From a bacterium (lineage in GTDB: Bacteria > UBP7 > UBA6624), in the NCBI GenBank assembly GCA_002716355.1, contig PBAU01000002.1, positions 107,121-139,120 on the forward strand: a DNA stretch of 32,000 nucleotides, read 5' to 3'. Shown piece by piece: positions 8,706-18,138 of the stretch; position 1 is the stretch's first letter, and each line of letters opens with the position of its first letter. The notes below the pieces were generated by a model, which worked only from the letters and a program-made list of their open reading frames with translations, was not told the DNA's origin and did not search any database. Position numbers and translations under genes: made by a program.

Positions 8706-11531
8706 ATGAGTGATCTTTTTGAATCTTTAGAACGTATACATACAGTTGATCTTTCTGAAACCATGGAGGATGCATATTTAAATTATGCTATGTCTGTCAT
8801 ATGTGGGCGTGCCCTTCCTGAGTCTAGAGATGGACTGAAACCAGTGCAAAGAAGAATTTTGTTTGAAATGGGGAATATGAATCTTTCGCCTGGAAGGCCG
8901 TATAGAAAATCTGCTCGTGTTGTAGGTTCCGTTATGGGTAAATGGCATCCCCATGGCGATGGTGCTATCTATGATGCTCTATCCAGAATGTCACAACCAT
9001 TTTCATTGCGTTACCCCCTTGTTGATGGGCATGGAAATTTTGGATCTATAGATGGTGATAGGCCAGCAGCACAAAGGTATACTGAATGTCGATTGTCGCC
9101 AATCGCTATGGAGATGCTGGCTGAGGTTGAACAGGAAACTGTAGATTGGGCACAAAATTATGATTCTTCAGCTGAGGAACCTGTCCTGCTTCCAAGCAGG
9201 CTACCAACATTGTTGATGAACGGATCAATGGGTGTGGCTGTTGGTGTAAGTACTGCAATACCGCCTCATAATCTCACAGAGCTTTTAGATGGGGCTTTAA
9301 TGCTTCTTGAAAATCCTGAATCCGAAGTAGAAGATTTAATGACCGTGATCAAGGGCCCTGATTTTCCCACAGGCGGTGTCATTCAGGGTAAAGCCGGAAT
9401 TAAATCCTATATTAAAACAGGTGTTGGTTCCATTCGTGTTCGAGCAAAAACAAAAATTGAAAGAGCGGAAGGGAGAAAAAACGCCAAAATTATTATTACA
9501 GAAATTCCATATCTAGTTAAGAAGCAAAGTATTGTTTTGCAAATGCATGAAGCTGCAAATAAGGATCGAATAAGAGGAATTAAGGCAATCAGGGATGAGT
9601 CTGGAAGAAAAGGTATCAGGATAGTAGTAGAAGTTTCAGCAAGACGAGACCCCAAGCTTGTTTTACATTTGCTTTTTAAGCATACTTCCCTACAGAGCTC
9701 ATTCCCTGCTCGAATGATAACGCTTGTTGATGGAGCACCTAAACCTTTACCACTAAAGGAATCTTTGCTAAACTACATCAACCATCGTTCTGCTGTTGTA
9801 AAGAGAAGATCTGCTTTCGAGTTAAGCAAAGCAGAAGCAAGAGCGCATATAGTTGAAGGTTTATTGGTAGCCTTAAAGGATATTGATGCTGTTATTGCAA
9901 TTATTAAGGCAAGCAAAGATAGAGAGGCGGCAAAAGAAAACCTAAGCAAGAAGTTAAAGATATCATCTTTACAATCTGACGCGATCGTAAGAATGCAATT
10001 AGGAACCTTAACAGGGTTAGAGGTTGAAAAATTACAAGCCGAAATGAAAGAGCTTCAGACAGCTATTGATTGGTACAAGAAGATATTGGGGGACGAAACA
10101 ACTTTAAATGGTGTTTTACGAGAAGAGATGGAAGGGTGGAGAGAAAAATACGGTGATGCACGTAGAACTAAAATTGACACAAGAGAGGCTGGTGACGAGA
10201 TGGTTATACAGCCAGAGTTGCAAGTCGTTATTTTCACTGAAAAGAATTACATAAAAAGAATACCTATTACTGATTTCAAAACATGGAGAAGAAGAGGTCA
10301 GGGCATTAAGGGCATTACCTTACAGCAGGGAGATACCGTAAAACAGCTTGATCTTTGCTGGAACACTGATGAGCTTTTCATGTTTACAGACAACGGTAAA
10401 ATATATTCAATTCCTGTCTACGATGTTATCGAGGGGGGCAGAGGGGCAAGAGGTATCCCTGTCCAAAATTACAGAAAGGAGCTTCAGCGTGAGAGAGTTG
10501 TTTGCATCAGAGCTCGAAAACAAGAGAAGGAAAGCCTTTTGATACTTACAGAAAAAGGTCGAGTGAAGCGATTGGCTCAAAAAGATGTTGCAAAAATTAT
10601 GAGACCTGGAAAAAAGGTTATGAGGGTTGACAAAGGTGATCGAATCGTGAATGCTTTATGGGTTGATGGCAATGATAGAGTCTTGACGGTTACGGCAAAT
10701 GGCAAGGCTTCACATCTTCCAGCTTCTGAAATTAGAGTAATGGGAAGAGCTGCTGGTGGTGTTAAGGCAATGACGTTGGAGACCACAAAGCGAGGCAAGA
10801 TAATCGATAAGATTGTTGATGCTGGTATTGTTGGACTGGAAGCCAAGGTTTCAGGAAAATTATCCTCCATTGAGGAAAAAGATGATGGTTCAAAAATACT
10901 AGTCATAGAGCCAAAAGGAATTACAAAGTTTTCTGGGAAAATTATTGATGCAGAGGGAACTAAAGACAACTATACTGTCAAAATAGATACGGGCTTAGCA
11001 CCCTTCCCAGAAAGAAACTTGAAATTCCCAGCAAGAAGTAAGCTATTAGTTGAACCAGGAACAAAAGTAAAAGCACTTGATGAAATTGTTGAGATGCCTG
11101 CAAAGTACCGAAAGCCAGTTGCGCATACTGTTCCACAACAAATGACCCTAGGTATCAAGATGGCTAAAAACAAAGACACAATGATTCTTGCTGGTGATAG
11201 TTTAACCATAGGGGATAGGGTTTTATTCGTAACTGATCAGGGTCTTGGCAAGCTTATGGATGCTCATTTGGTACGTAAAACACACCGGGGTTCAAAAGGT
11301 GTTAAGGTTTATTCAATCAAAACACCCAAAGGATCCAAGAGAAAAGGTGTAGGGAATCTTGCTAGATGTAGAGCTATTGGCAACGAGAAAGAGGTCGGCA
11401 TAGCGACAACCGATGGAAAAATTTATAAGACTGAAATCCAAGAGATATCGCAACAAAAAAGATCTAGTCGTGGCGTTATCGTTATTACGTTAAAGCCTGG
11501 CGACACTGTTGCTGATTTGGCAATTGTCTAA
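8706..11531 (+). CDS. gyrA: DNA gyrase subunit A, with an enlarged C-terminal domain
   Basis: 941 aa. Diagnostic blocks are RALPESRDGLKPVQRRILF, GKWHPHGDGAIYDALSRMSQPFSLRYPLVDGHGNFGSIDGD and the active-site block AAQRYTECRL (Tyr at 9078-9080). A GyrA-box-like RRRGQGIKG opens the beta-pinwheel CTD, which argues for GyrA rather than ParC. Confidence 0.9.
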   Translation: MSDLFESLERIHTVDLSETMEDAYLNYAMSVICGRALPESRDGLKPVQRRILFEMGNMNLSPGRPYRKSARVVGSVMGKWHPHGDGAIYDALSRMSQPFSLRYPLVDGHGNFGSIDGDRPAAQRYTECRLSPIAMEMLAEVEQETVDWAQNYDSSAEEPVLLPSRLPTLLMNGSMGVAVGVSTAIPPHNLTELLDGALMLLENPESEVEDLMTVIKGPDFPTGGVIQGKAGIKSYIKTGVGSIRVRAKTKIERAEGRKNAKIIITEIPYLVKKQSIVLQMHEAANKDRIRGIKAIRDESGRKGIRIVVEVSARRDPKLVLHLLFKHTSLQSSFPARMITLVDGAPKPLPLKESLLNYINHRSAVVKRRSAFELSKAEARAHIVEGLLVALKDIDAVIAIIKASKDREAAKENLSKKLKISSLQSDAIVRMQLGTLTGLEVEKLQAEMKELQTAIDWYKKILGDETTLNGVLREEMEGWREKYGDARRTKIDTREAGDEMVIQPELQVVIFTEKNYIKRIPITDFKTWRRRGQGIKGITLQQGDTVKQLDLCWNTDELFMFTDNGKIYSIPVYDVIEGGRGARGIPVQNYRKELQRERVVCIRARKQEKESLLILTEKGRVKRLAQKDVAKIMRPGKKVMRVDKGDRIVNALWVDGNDRVLTVTANGKASHLPASEIRVMGRAAGGVKAMTLETTKRGKIIDKIVDAGIVGLEAKVSGKLSSIEEKDDGSKILVIEPKGITKFSGKIIDAEGTKDNYTVKIDTGLAPFPERNLKFPARSKLLVEPGTKVKALDEIVEMPAKYRKPVAHTVPQQMTLGIKMAKNKDTMILAGDSLTIGDRVLFVTDQGLGKLMDAHLVRKTHRGSKGVKVYSIKTPKGSKRKGVGNLARCRAIGNEKEVGIATTDGKIYKTEIQEISQQKRSSRGVIVITLKPGDTVADLAIV

Positions 11532-11628
11532 TTCCAAGTTTCTTTATGTTGGACTGGATTCCGTTAAAGATTTGTTATTTGATGGTTGCAAATCAATCAA
11601 AGAAATTTTTACTTTTTTGAATTTTCAC

Positions 11629-12141
11629 ATGCATGCGCAAGAGGCCAGCTCTCTAATCGAAACAGTTCGAGGCCATTCAGGTGCTATATGTTTTTTCAAA
11701 TCTTCAATTCCAGAAGATTTATTAGAGAAAAAAAATTTATGTCAATCAAAGAAATATCTTTGTATAAAAGTGTATTCTGACAATTTGTATTTCCAAGAAT
11801 TGCCTTCACGAAAAACGATAAAAATTTCTTATCCTGAATTGGATTTAGACAATAACAACGGATTGCTGGGTGTGCAAATGAATCGTATTGCTAAAATGGT
11901 TAATGAGGTTGACAATGCTTTTTTGATAGTTAACCCAATTCAAGATGACAGTTTCCTGCCAACATTTTTAAAACTTGACCAATTGTTTTGGCTCTTGAGA
12001 GACTTGGAGAAAGTTAATCTTGTAGCGATTGAAAATCTTTGTATCTCAGATCCAGAAGCATGGGGGGTGGATGAGGGTTCTGAACCCAATCAATTTCTTA
12101 TGACAATGGCATCTATTGTTACCACAAGGAAAGCTAGTTAA
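11629..12141 (+). CDS. Hypothetical protein (orphan ORF)
   Basis: The open frame runs 11509..12141. The first ATG is at 11629, and the TTG at 11509 would overlap gyrA by 23 nt. I recognise no motif. Its 5' half is very AT-rich. It fills the only otherwise unexplained ~600 nt gap, so it is probably coding. Confidence 0.35.
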   Translation: MHAQEASSLIETVRGHSGAICFFKSSIPEDLLEKKNLCQSKKYLCIKVYSDNLYFQELPSRKTIKISYPELDLDNNNGLLGVQMNRIAKMVNEVDNAFLIVNPIQDDSFLPTFLKLDQLFWLLRDLEKVNLVAIENLCISDPEAWGVDEGSEPNQFLMTMASIVTTRKAS

Positions 12142-12751
12142 ATATATTTTGATATAGTGATATAAGTTTTTGTTCAAAATTTTTCTCATCAAACCTAACA
12201 ATGGCTCTGACGTAATTTTCTTTGTCAATTAGTAGAAGGTAGTTGGCATGAGCAATGTCGAACAAACCATCATTTTCAACCTCGTCCATTCCGCTCTTGA
12301 AACCATTAACTATTACATTTCTGATATCACTTTCTTCCCCTGTTAAGAAATTCCACCTCTCCTCAATTATTGACATTTCTTGGATGTATTCTTTAAGTCG
12401 TTTAGGGTTGTCATATTGTGGATCAACGGTAATGCTGATAAACTCAAGTTCGATATCGGGATATTTATCTTTAAAATTTTTTAATTTAGATATTTGCATT
12501 GGACACACACTTGTGCATTTTGTAAAAAAGAAATTTACAGCCCAATATTTTCCAGCCAACGTCTTGCTGGAAAACTGCTTTTCATTTTGATTGATTAAAT
12601 CAAAAGAGGGCGCCTTAAAGAGTTCCGGTAATGAATTTTTTCTCATATTGATTGCAAAAAAAATTAATACAATCGGAAGGATAATCATGATTATGAATAT
12701 TGGTCTTATCCATTTCTTTGCTTCATCATAAGTTTTTGGTATCTTCATCAT
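12134..12751 (-). CDS. SCO1/SenC-family copper chaperone (thioredoxin fold) for CuA assembly
   Basis: 205 aa with an N-terminal TM anchor (IFIIMIILPIVLIFFAI). It has the CxxxCP motif FFFTKCTSVCP and a downstream conserved His (DIAHANYLLLID). It is divergent from the cta cluster. Confidence 0.85.
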   Translation of the reverse strand: MMKIPKTYDEAKKWIRPIFIIMIILPIVLIFFAINMRKNSLPELFKAPSFDLINQNEKQFSSKTLAGKYWAVNFFFTKCTSVCPMQISKLKNFKDKYPDIELEFISITVDPQYDNPKRLKEYIQEMSIIEERWNFLTGEESDIRNVIVNGFKSGMDEVENDGLFDIAHANYLLLIDKENYVRAIVRFDEKNFEQKLISLYQNIFN

Positions 12752-12795
12752 GTTGTCTAATTTTATTTTTAAAGTTTAGAATTGAGCCTTGATTA

Positions 12796-13602
12796 ATGAT
12801 ACAAAGAAATCTTAAAATTACAATTTATGCGACAATTTTTCTAATTGCGTTAGGTGCATATACAACCGCAAGCGGATCAGGCATGGGTTGTGCTGATGTG
12901 TATCCCCTTTGCGATAGTGGCTGGTTGCCAAATTTTGATAATCCTGAACAAGTCACAGAATGGTTACATAGGCTTGGAGCAGCTATTGTGGGTCTTTGTG
13001 CATTTTTTGCTTTTTTCAAATCTTTCAAAACACCATTCAGGAAAATTGCCATGACTTCATGCTTGATTCTTTTGTTTCAGGGTGCATTAGGTGCGTTTAC
13101 GGTGAAAACCGAATTGCAGGAACCTTGGTTGATTTTTGCACATCTTTTTACAAGCATGTTGTTTTTGGGCTCGTTAGCAGCATGGTATACAGCTACAGAA
13201 AATTTAGAATTTAATGAAGACACCTTAGCTTTTACAAGAATATCTAAAATTTGTTGCATATTTACAATGTTACAAATTGCAATTGGTGCAATGCATGTGC
13301 ATTTGTTTAAAGGTTCAGCTCATGTTTTGATTACCCATATTGTTTTAGGCTTTCTTGTTACAGGTTTTTCTATGAGTTCAATGGCAAGAGCTAAAAGAAC
13401 TAAGCAGGATCAAAAAATCATCAAGAGAAGTTCATGGGCTGCTTACCTTTCGGTTTTGCAAATACTCTTGGGAGCTGGTGTTTTCTTATCGATGGCAGCC
13501 CCCAGCTACCCACCTTACATCACTTTGCACTTGATGATTGCTGCAATTATTTGGTTTATGCATGTTTCAAATTTTTTCACAAAGGCTGAAGAATCTATTT
13601 GA
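12796..13602 (+). CDS. ctaA: Heme A synthase (COX15/CtaA family)
   Basis: 268-aa polytopic membrane protein. It has a Cys pair in the first outer loop (GSGMGCADVYPLCDSGW) and conserved His in helices (EWLHRLGA, FAHLFTS, AMHVHLF, ITHIVLG). Its stop overlaps the ctaB start (TTGA). Confidence 0.8.
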   Translation: MIQRNLKITIYATIFLIALGAYTTASGSGMGCADVYPLCDSGWLPNFDNPEQVTEWLHRLGAAIVGLCAFFAFFKSFKTPFRKIAMTSCLILLFQGALGAFTVKTELQEPWLIFAHLFTSMLFLGSLAAWYTATENLEFNEDTLAFTRISKICCIFTMLQIAIGAMHVHLFKGSAHVLITHIVLGFLVTGFSMSSMARAKRTKQDQKIIKRSSWAAYLSVLQILLGAGVFLSMAAPSYPPYITLHLMIAAIIWFMHVSNFFTKAEESI

Positions 13603-14492
13603 AAAAAAAATTCCCTTATGTAGATATTACAAAACCAAGAATAACCTTTTTGGTTTTGCTAAGTACTGCTGTAGGTTTTTTTGCAGATACACAAGGTGGT
13701 CCTGGTGAATTTTGGCAATATTTTTTGTTTTTACTTTTGGGAACCGGTTTAGCTTCTGCGTCAGGCAGTGTGTTCAATAACATTCTTGACAGGGATATGG
13801 ATGCTTTGATGAATAGAACGAAAGAAAGGGCCATGCCGACAAAGAAAATTAAGGTCAAAGATGCTTTTTTTTATGCTTTTTTCCTTTTGTTTTCTGGGCT
13901 AATAATTCTTTGGAATTATTGCAATTCCATTTCAGCAGTACTTGCCTTTTTAGCAGTTTTTCTTTACGTTGTCTATACGTTTTTCTTAAAACGAAAAACT
14001 TCATTCTGTACTGTTGTGGGTGGAGCGCCAGGCGCTTTACCACCTTTGGTTGGCTATGCTGCCTCCAGAGGGGATCTGGGTGAGCCATTCGGAATTGCCT
14101 GGATGCTGTTTTATGTCATGTTTTTTTGGCAACCACCACATTTTTGGGCCCTAGCACTTAAGCATAAAGACGACTACAAGAAAACTGATTTCAAGATGTT
14201 ACCAGTTACCGACTCGGTTGATGTAACAAAAAAACAAATTCTTATTTACACAATAGTCATGGCAGTATTTGTTTTTGTGTTTGCAATAGAATTTGTTAAC
14301 CAGTTTTTCGTGCAGGTTTTACTGGTTCTGGCAACGTTATATTATCTTAGAGACACTTTCATGTTTTTGTCTAAAAAAGAAAATAAAAAATCAGCAAATG
14401 CATTATTCAAGACATCAGTATTTTTTATGGGTTTGTTTATGATTTTTTTATTGGTTGAATTTGTGCCCTTGAACCAAATCTCTCGTTTTTAA
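13599..14492 (+). CDS. ctaB: Protoheme IX farnesyltransferase (heme O synthase)
   Basis: 297 aa of the UbiA superfamily. Motifs are ITKPRITFLVL, NNILDRDMDALMNRTKERAMP and FWQPPHFWALA. The start is TTG and no nearby in-frame ATG exists. Confidence 0.9.
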   Translation: MKKKFPYVDITKPRITFLVLLSTAVGFFADTQGGPGEFWQYFLFLLLGTGLASASGSVFNNILDRDMDALMNRTKERAMPTKKIKVKDAFFYAFFLLFSGLIILWNYCNSISAVLAFLAVFLYVVYTFFLKRKTSFCTVVGGAPGALPPLVGYAASRGDLGEPFGIAWMLFYVMFFWQPPHFWALALKHKDDYKKTDFKMLPVTDSVDVTKKQILIYTIVMAVFVFVFAIEFVNQFFVQVLLVLATLYYLRDTFMFLSKKENKKSANALFKTSVFFMGLFMIFLLVEFVPLNQISRF

Positions 14493-14524
14493 TTATTGAA
14501 AAAGTTATACAATACCCTTTGGTT

Positions 14525-15511
14525 ATGTTTTTAGATTTCATACTTTCACCGCAAAATTGGCTTGATCCTGCAGGTCCAGTAGCATCAGACCAAAAAGACC
14601 TCTTTCTTTTTACCCTTTATCTGTGTATTGGAATATTCGTTATTGTGGGTGGCTTTATGCTTTATTCAATTTTGAAATTTAAAGCTAAACCAGGTGATGA
14701 GGAATTGCCTGATCAGAGTCATGATGGCACTCAATTAGAAATTGGATTAATGGTTGTTTCTGCAATTTTGGTTGCTGTTATAGCAGTGCCAAATGTTAAG
14801 CTTCTTTACAAATTGGCTGAACCCCCGCGTGGTTCAAACCCTTTGCAGGTTAATGTTATAGGCCATCAGTATTGGTGGGAGTTTGAAATACCTGAATACC
14901 AAATTGCAACAGCAAATGAATTCAAAATACCTATCGGAAGACCAATAGAGTTTAATGTAAGCTCTGTAGATGTTATTCATAGTTTTTGGGTTCCAAGATT
15001 GGGCGGTAAGGTTGATGCCGTGCCTGGTCGCGATAATTATTTATGGTTTCAGGCGGATCAGGAAGGTTGGTATTCTGGACAATGCGCTGAACTTTGCGGA
15101 TCCTCTCATGCAAAAATGAAATTCGAAGTTCATGCTGTTAATGATGAGGAATTTTTAGCATGGGTTGAGAAAGAGGCTGCACCTGCAGAACAGCCAATCA
15201 CAGAGTTGGCGAAAGAAGGAAAGGAGCTTTTCTTAACGAAAATGTGTGTCACATGTCATGCGGTCAAGGGTTACGATGGTGCTATTGGTATAACCGGACC
15301 AAATTTGTCTCATTTTGGAAGTCGTAGAAAGTTAGCCGGTATGTGGGTTGAAAACACCAAAGACAATCTTGAAGATTGGTTGGGTGATCCAGCTAGTTTT
15401 AAACCAGACAACATCATGGCGCTGCAGGGTCCAATGTATATTGATGATAAATTTGCTTTAACTAGAGATGAAATTGAAAAACTTGCAGCATACCTTAAGG
15501 AGCTTTACTGA
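14525..15511 (+). CDS. ctaC: Cytochrome c oxidase subunit II with a fused C-terminal cytochrome c domain (caa3 type)
   Basis: It has two N-terminal TMs. The CuA site is VIHSFWVPRLGGKVDAVPG...CAELCGSSHAKM. The C-terminal heme-c motif is CVTCHAV. I take the ATG at 14525; the track ORF begins at TTG 14519. Confidence 0.9.
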   Translation: MFLDFILSPQNWLDPAGPVASDQKDLFLFTLYLCIGIFVIVGGFMLYSILKFKAKPGDEELPDQSHDGTQLEIGLMVVSAILVAVIAVPNVKLLYKLAEPPRGSNPLQVNVIGHQYWWEFEIPEYQIATANEFKIPIGRPIEFNVSSVDVIHSFWVPRLGGKVDAVPGRDNYLWFQADQEGWYSGQCAELCGSSHAKMKFEVHAVNDEEFLAWVEKEAAPAEQPITELAKEGKELFLTKMCVTCHAVKGYDGAIGITGPNLSHFGSRRKLAGMWVENTKDNLEDWLGDPASFKPDNIMALQGPMYIDDKFALTRDEIEKLAAYLKELY

Positions 15512-17382
15512 TGTCAGGACATAGTCACAAACTTGCTTTACCAAAATTTCTTTCTTTCTTGAAAAACAGACCTACTAAAGAGAATGGTTTGGTTAGTTGG
15601 CTTACAACAGTTGATCATAAAAGAATCGGAATACTGTATCTTTATACTTCATTTTTCTTTTTGTTTGTGGGTGGTATCGAGGCTTTGTTTGTAAGGTCGC
15701 AATTGTCAGCCAACGATCTAGAAATTTTTGTTGGCTCAACTTACAACCAATTGGTCACTATGCATGCTACAACAATGATTTTCCTTGCAATAATGCCTCT
15801 TGCTGCGGCATTTTTTAACTTTATGATTCCATTACAGATAGGAGCTCGTGATGTTGCTTTCCCAAGGTTAAATGCTTTCTCTTATTTTATGTATTTAGCT
15901 GGCGGGATTGTCTTGAATGCTTCTTGGTTTATGGGGGGCGCTTCAGACGCTGGGTGGTTTGCTTATGCGCCTTTAACATCAGCAACATACAGTCCAACTC
16001 ATGGCGTAGATTTTTGGATTTTGGGTTTGATTCTTACTGGTATTTCTTCTACTGTTGCTGCGATTAATTTCATAGTCACAATAATTAACATGCGGGCTCC
16101 AGGAATGACATTGATGAAAATGCCTGTTTTTTCATGGATGGCTTTTGTCACTGCGTTTTTGCTTGCTTTTGCTCTTCCGGTAATCACAATTGCATTGATT
16201 ATCCTTTTTATGGATCGAAATTATGGCACAACATTTTTTCAGACTGCAGCAGGGGGAGACCCTATATTATGGCAACACCTTTTCTGGGTGTTCGGTCACC
16301 CTGAAGTGTATATTATTGTTCTTCCGGCATTTGGTATAGTTTCAGAAATTATTCCTGTTTTTTCTAGAAAGCCTTTATTTGGTTACAAATTGGTTGTTTT
16401 GTCAGGTGCTGCTATTGGATTCATGGGATTTACAGTTTGGAGTCACCATATGTTTACTGTTGGAATGGGCCCAATTGTTAATTCTGCATTTTCAATTACA
16501 ACGGCAGCTATTGCGATTCCAACCGGAGTCAAAATATTTAATTGGATTTTGACACTTTGGAATGGAAAAATTAAATTTTCTGTTCCGATGATGTATTCAA
16601 CTGCATTAGTGTTCTTGTTTATGGTAGGTGGTTTTTCGGGCTTGATGCATGGTGCAGCTGCTTCTGATTTCCAACAGCATGATACTTATTTTGTTGTTGC
16701 ACATTTTCATTACACCATCTTAGGTGGTGGTCTTTTTGGGTTTTTAGCTGGCACTGTTTACTGGTTGCCTAAATTCTTTGGAAAAATCATGGATGAAGAG
16801 CGTGGCCGAAAAATATTTTGGTGGATTTTCATTAGTTTCAATTTAACATTTTTCCCTATGCATTTCTTAGGCACAAGCGGTATGCCTAGAAGGATATACA
16901 CTTATTCATCTGATATGGAATGGACAGCATTAAATGGTTTCATAACATTAGCTTCATTTGTTTTGGGAATTGCCCTGCTTGTCTTTTTTATAGAAGTTAT
17001 CAAAGCTGTTAAAAGTAAAAATAAAGCTTCAGCCGATCCATGGGATGCTCGTACTCTTGAGTGGAGTATTCCCTCACCACCGCCAGTTTACAATTTTGCC
17101 GATTTGCCCAAGATTGAAAAGATTGATGAATTTTGGGAAAGTAAGGTTTCCAACAAGCCAATCAAGACATTACCAAGGGATCCTCATGGGATTCACATGC
17201 CGGGCAAATCATGGATGCCGCTCATCACTTCAATTGGCTTGTTGATTGCTTCTTTCGGTGCTGTTTATGAATCTGATTTGCGTTACATAGGATTAGGAAT
17301 TTTCTTATTGGCTTATTATGGTTGGGCTCTTGAGGGAGAGGCTGAATATTACCTTCCATACCCGAAGAAGGGGAAAAAGTAA
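15511..17382 (+). CDS. ctaD: Cytochrome c oxidase subunit I (heme-copper oxidase catalytic subunit)
   Basis: 623 aa. Motifs are WLTTVDHKRIGILYL, LFWVFGHPEVYIIVLP and HHMFTVG...VAHFHYT. An AAGGAG Shine-Dalgarno lies at 15497-15502, 8 nt before the ATG, and the ATG overlaps the ctaC stop (TGATG). The length matches long Bacillus-type CtaD with extra C-terminal helices. Confidence 0.95.
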   Translation: MSGHSHKLALPKFLSFLKNRPTKENGLVSWLTTVDHKRIGILYLYTSFFFLFVGGIEALFVRSQLSANDLEIFVGSTYNQLVTMHATTMIFLAIMPLAAAFFNFMIPLQIGARDVAFPRLNAFSYFMYLAGGIVLNASWFMGGASDAGWFAYAPLTSATYSPTHGVDFWILGLILTGISSTVAAINFIVTIINMRAPGMTLMKMPVFSWMAFVTAFLLAFALPVITIALIILFMDRNYGTTFFQTAAGGDPILWQHLFWVFGHPEVYIIVLPAFGIVSEIIPVFSRKPLFGYKLVVLSGAAIGFMGFTVWSHHMFTVGMGPIVNSAFSITTAAIAIPTGVKIFNWILTLWNGKIKFSVPMMYSTALVFLFMVGGFSGLMHGAAASDFQQHDTYFVVAHFHYTILGGGLFGFLAGTVYWLPKFFGKIMDEERGRKIFWWIFISFNLTFFPMHFLGTSGMPRRIYTYSSDMEWTALNGFITLASFVLGIALLVFFIEVIKAVKSKNKASADPWDARTLEWSIPSPPPVYNFADLPKIEKIDEFWESKVSNKPIKTLPRDPHGIHMPGKSWMPLITSIGLLIASFGAVYESDLRYIGLGIFLLAYYGWALEGEAEYYLPYPKKGKK

Positions 17383-18134
17383 TGGAGGCTTTGAAGTTGC
17401 AACCTGTAATAACAGCTTTTACTGTATTCGGTATTTTTGTTTGTGTTCTTTTGACTTATTATGCTCTATTAAACCTTTTCAAAAGCTTCCCTCGCATAAG
17501 GTCCAAAAAAGACAAAGAAGCAATTGCAGCTGAGGATGCTGACGTGCATCACCATGTTGATACATACACAGGTGAGCCAAACATAAAGCTTTTTTGGTGG
17601 GTATTTCTAGCTTCTGACTGTATGTTTTTTGGCTCTTTGATTACAGCTTATTTGATATACAAAGGTCAAAGTCTAGTCGGACCTTATCCATTGGATGTTT
17701 TTGATATGGAACTAACCACAATCAGCACATTCATTTTGCTTTTAAGCAGTTTTTTTATGGTTTTAACATTGTCCTCTATCCAAAAGGGTGATTTGGGCAA
17801 GTTTAGATTTTGGTGTTTTGCAACATTCTTGTGCGGGTTGACTTTTTTAGGTTTTCAAGTTTACGAGTTTGAGCATTTCATACATGAAGGACTACGATTG
17901 AAAACCAACCTGTTCGGAAGTACTTTTTATCTTCTAACAGGCACACATGGTGTGCACGTTGCAATCGGTGTTTTATGGCTTTTGGGAATGTTTATTTATT
18001 CCTTTTGGGGTGGCATTACAAAGGAGAGAGCTATAGAAGTAGAAATTGCCGGACTTTATTGGCATTTTGTTGATGTTGTTTGGATTGTTATTTTTTCTGT
18101 AATTTATTTGATGGAGCTACCAATCGGAGGTTAA
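17382..18134 (+). CDS. ctaE: Cytochrome c oxidase subunit III, with an N-terminal extension
   Basis: 250 aa. Motifs are FWWVFLASDCMFFGSLITAY, GFQVYEFEHF, FYLLTGTHGVHVAIGV and YWHFVDVVWIVIF. There is a 1-nt overlap (TAATG) with ctaD. Confidence 0.9.
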   Translation: MEALKLQPVITAFTVFGIFVCVLLTYYALLNLFKSFPRIRSKKDKEAIAAEDADVHHHVDTYTGEPNIKLFWWVFLASDCMFFGSLITAYLIYKGQSLVGPYPLDVFDMELTTISTFILLLSSFFMVLTLSSIQKGDLGKFRFWCFATFLCGLTFLGFQVYEFEHFIHEGLRLKTNLFGSTFYLLTGTHGVHVAIGVLWLLGMFIYSFWGGITKERAIEVEIAGLYWHFVDVVWIVIFSVIYLMELPIGG

Positions 18135-18138
18135 TTTT

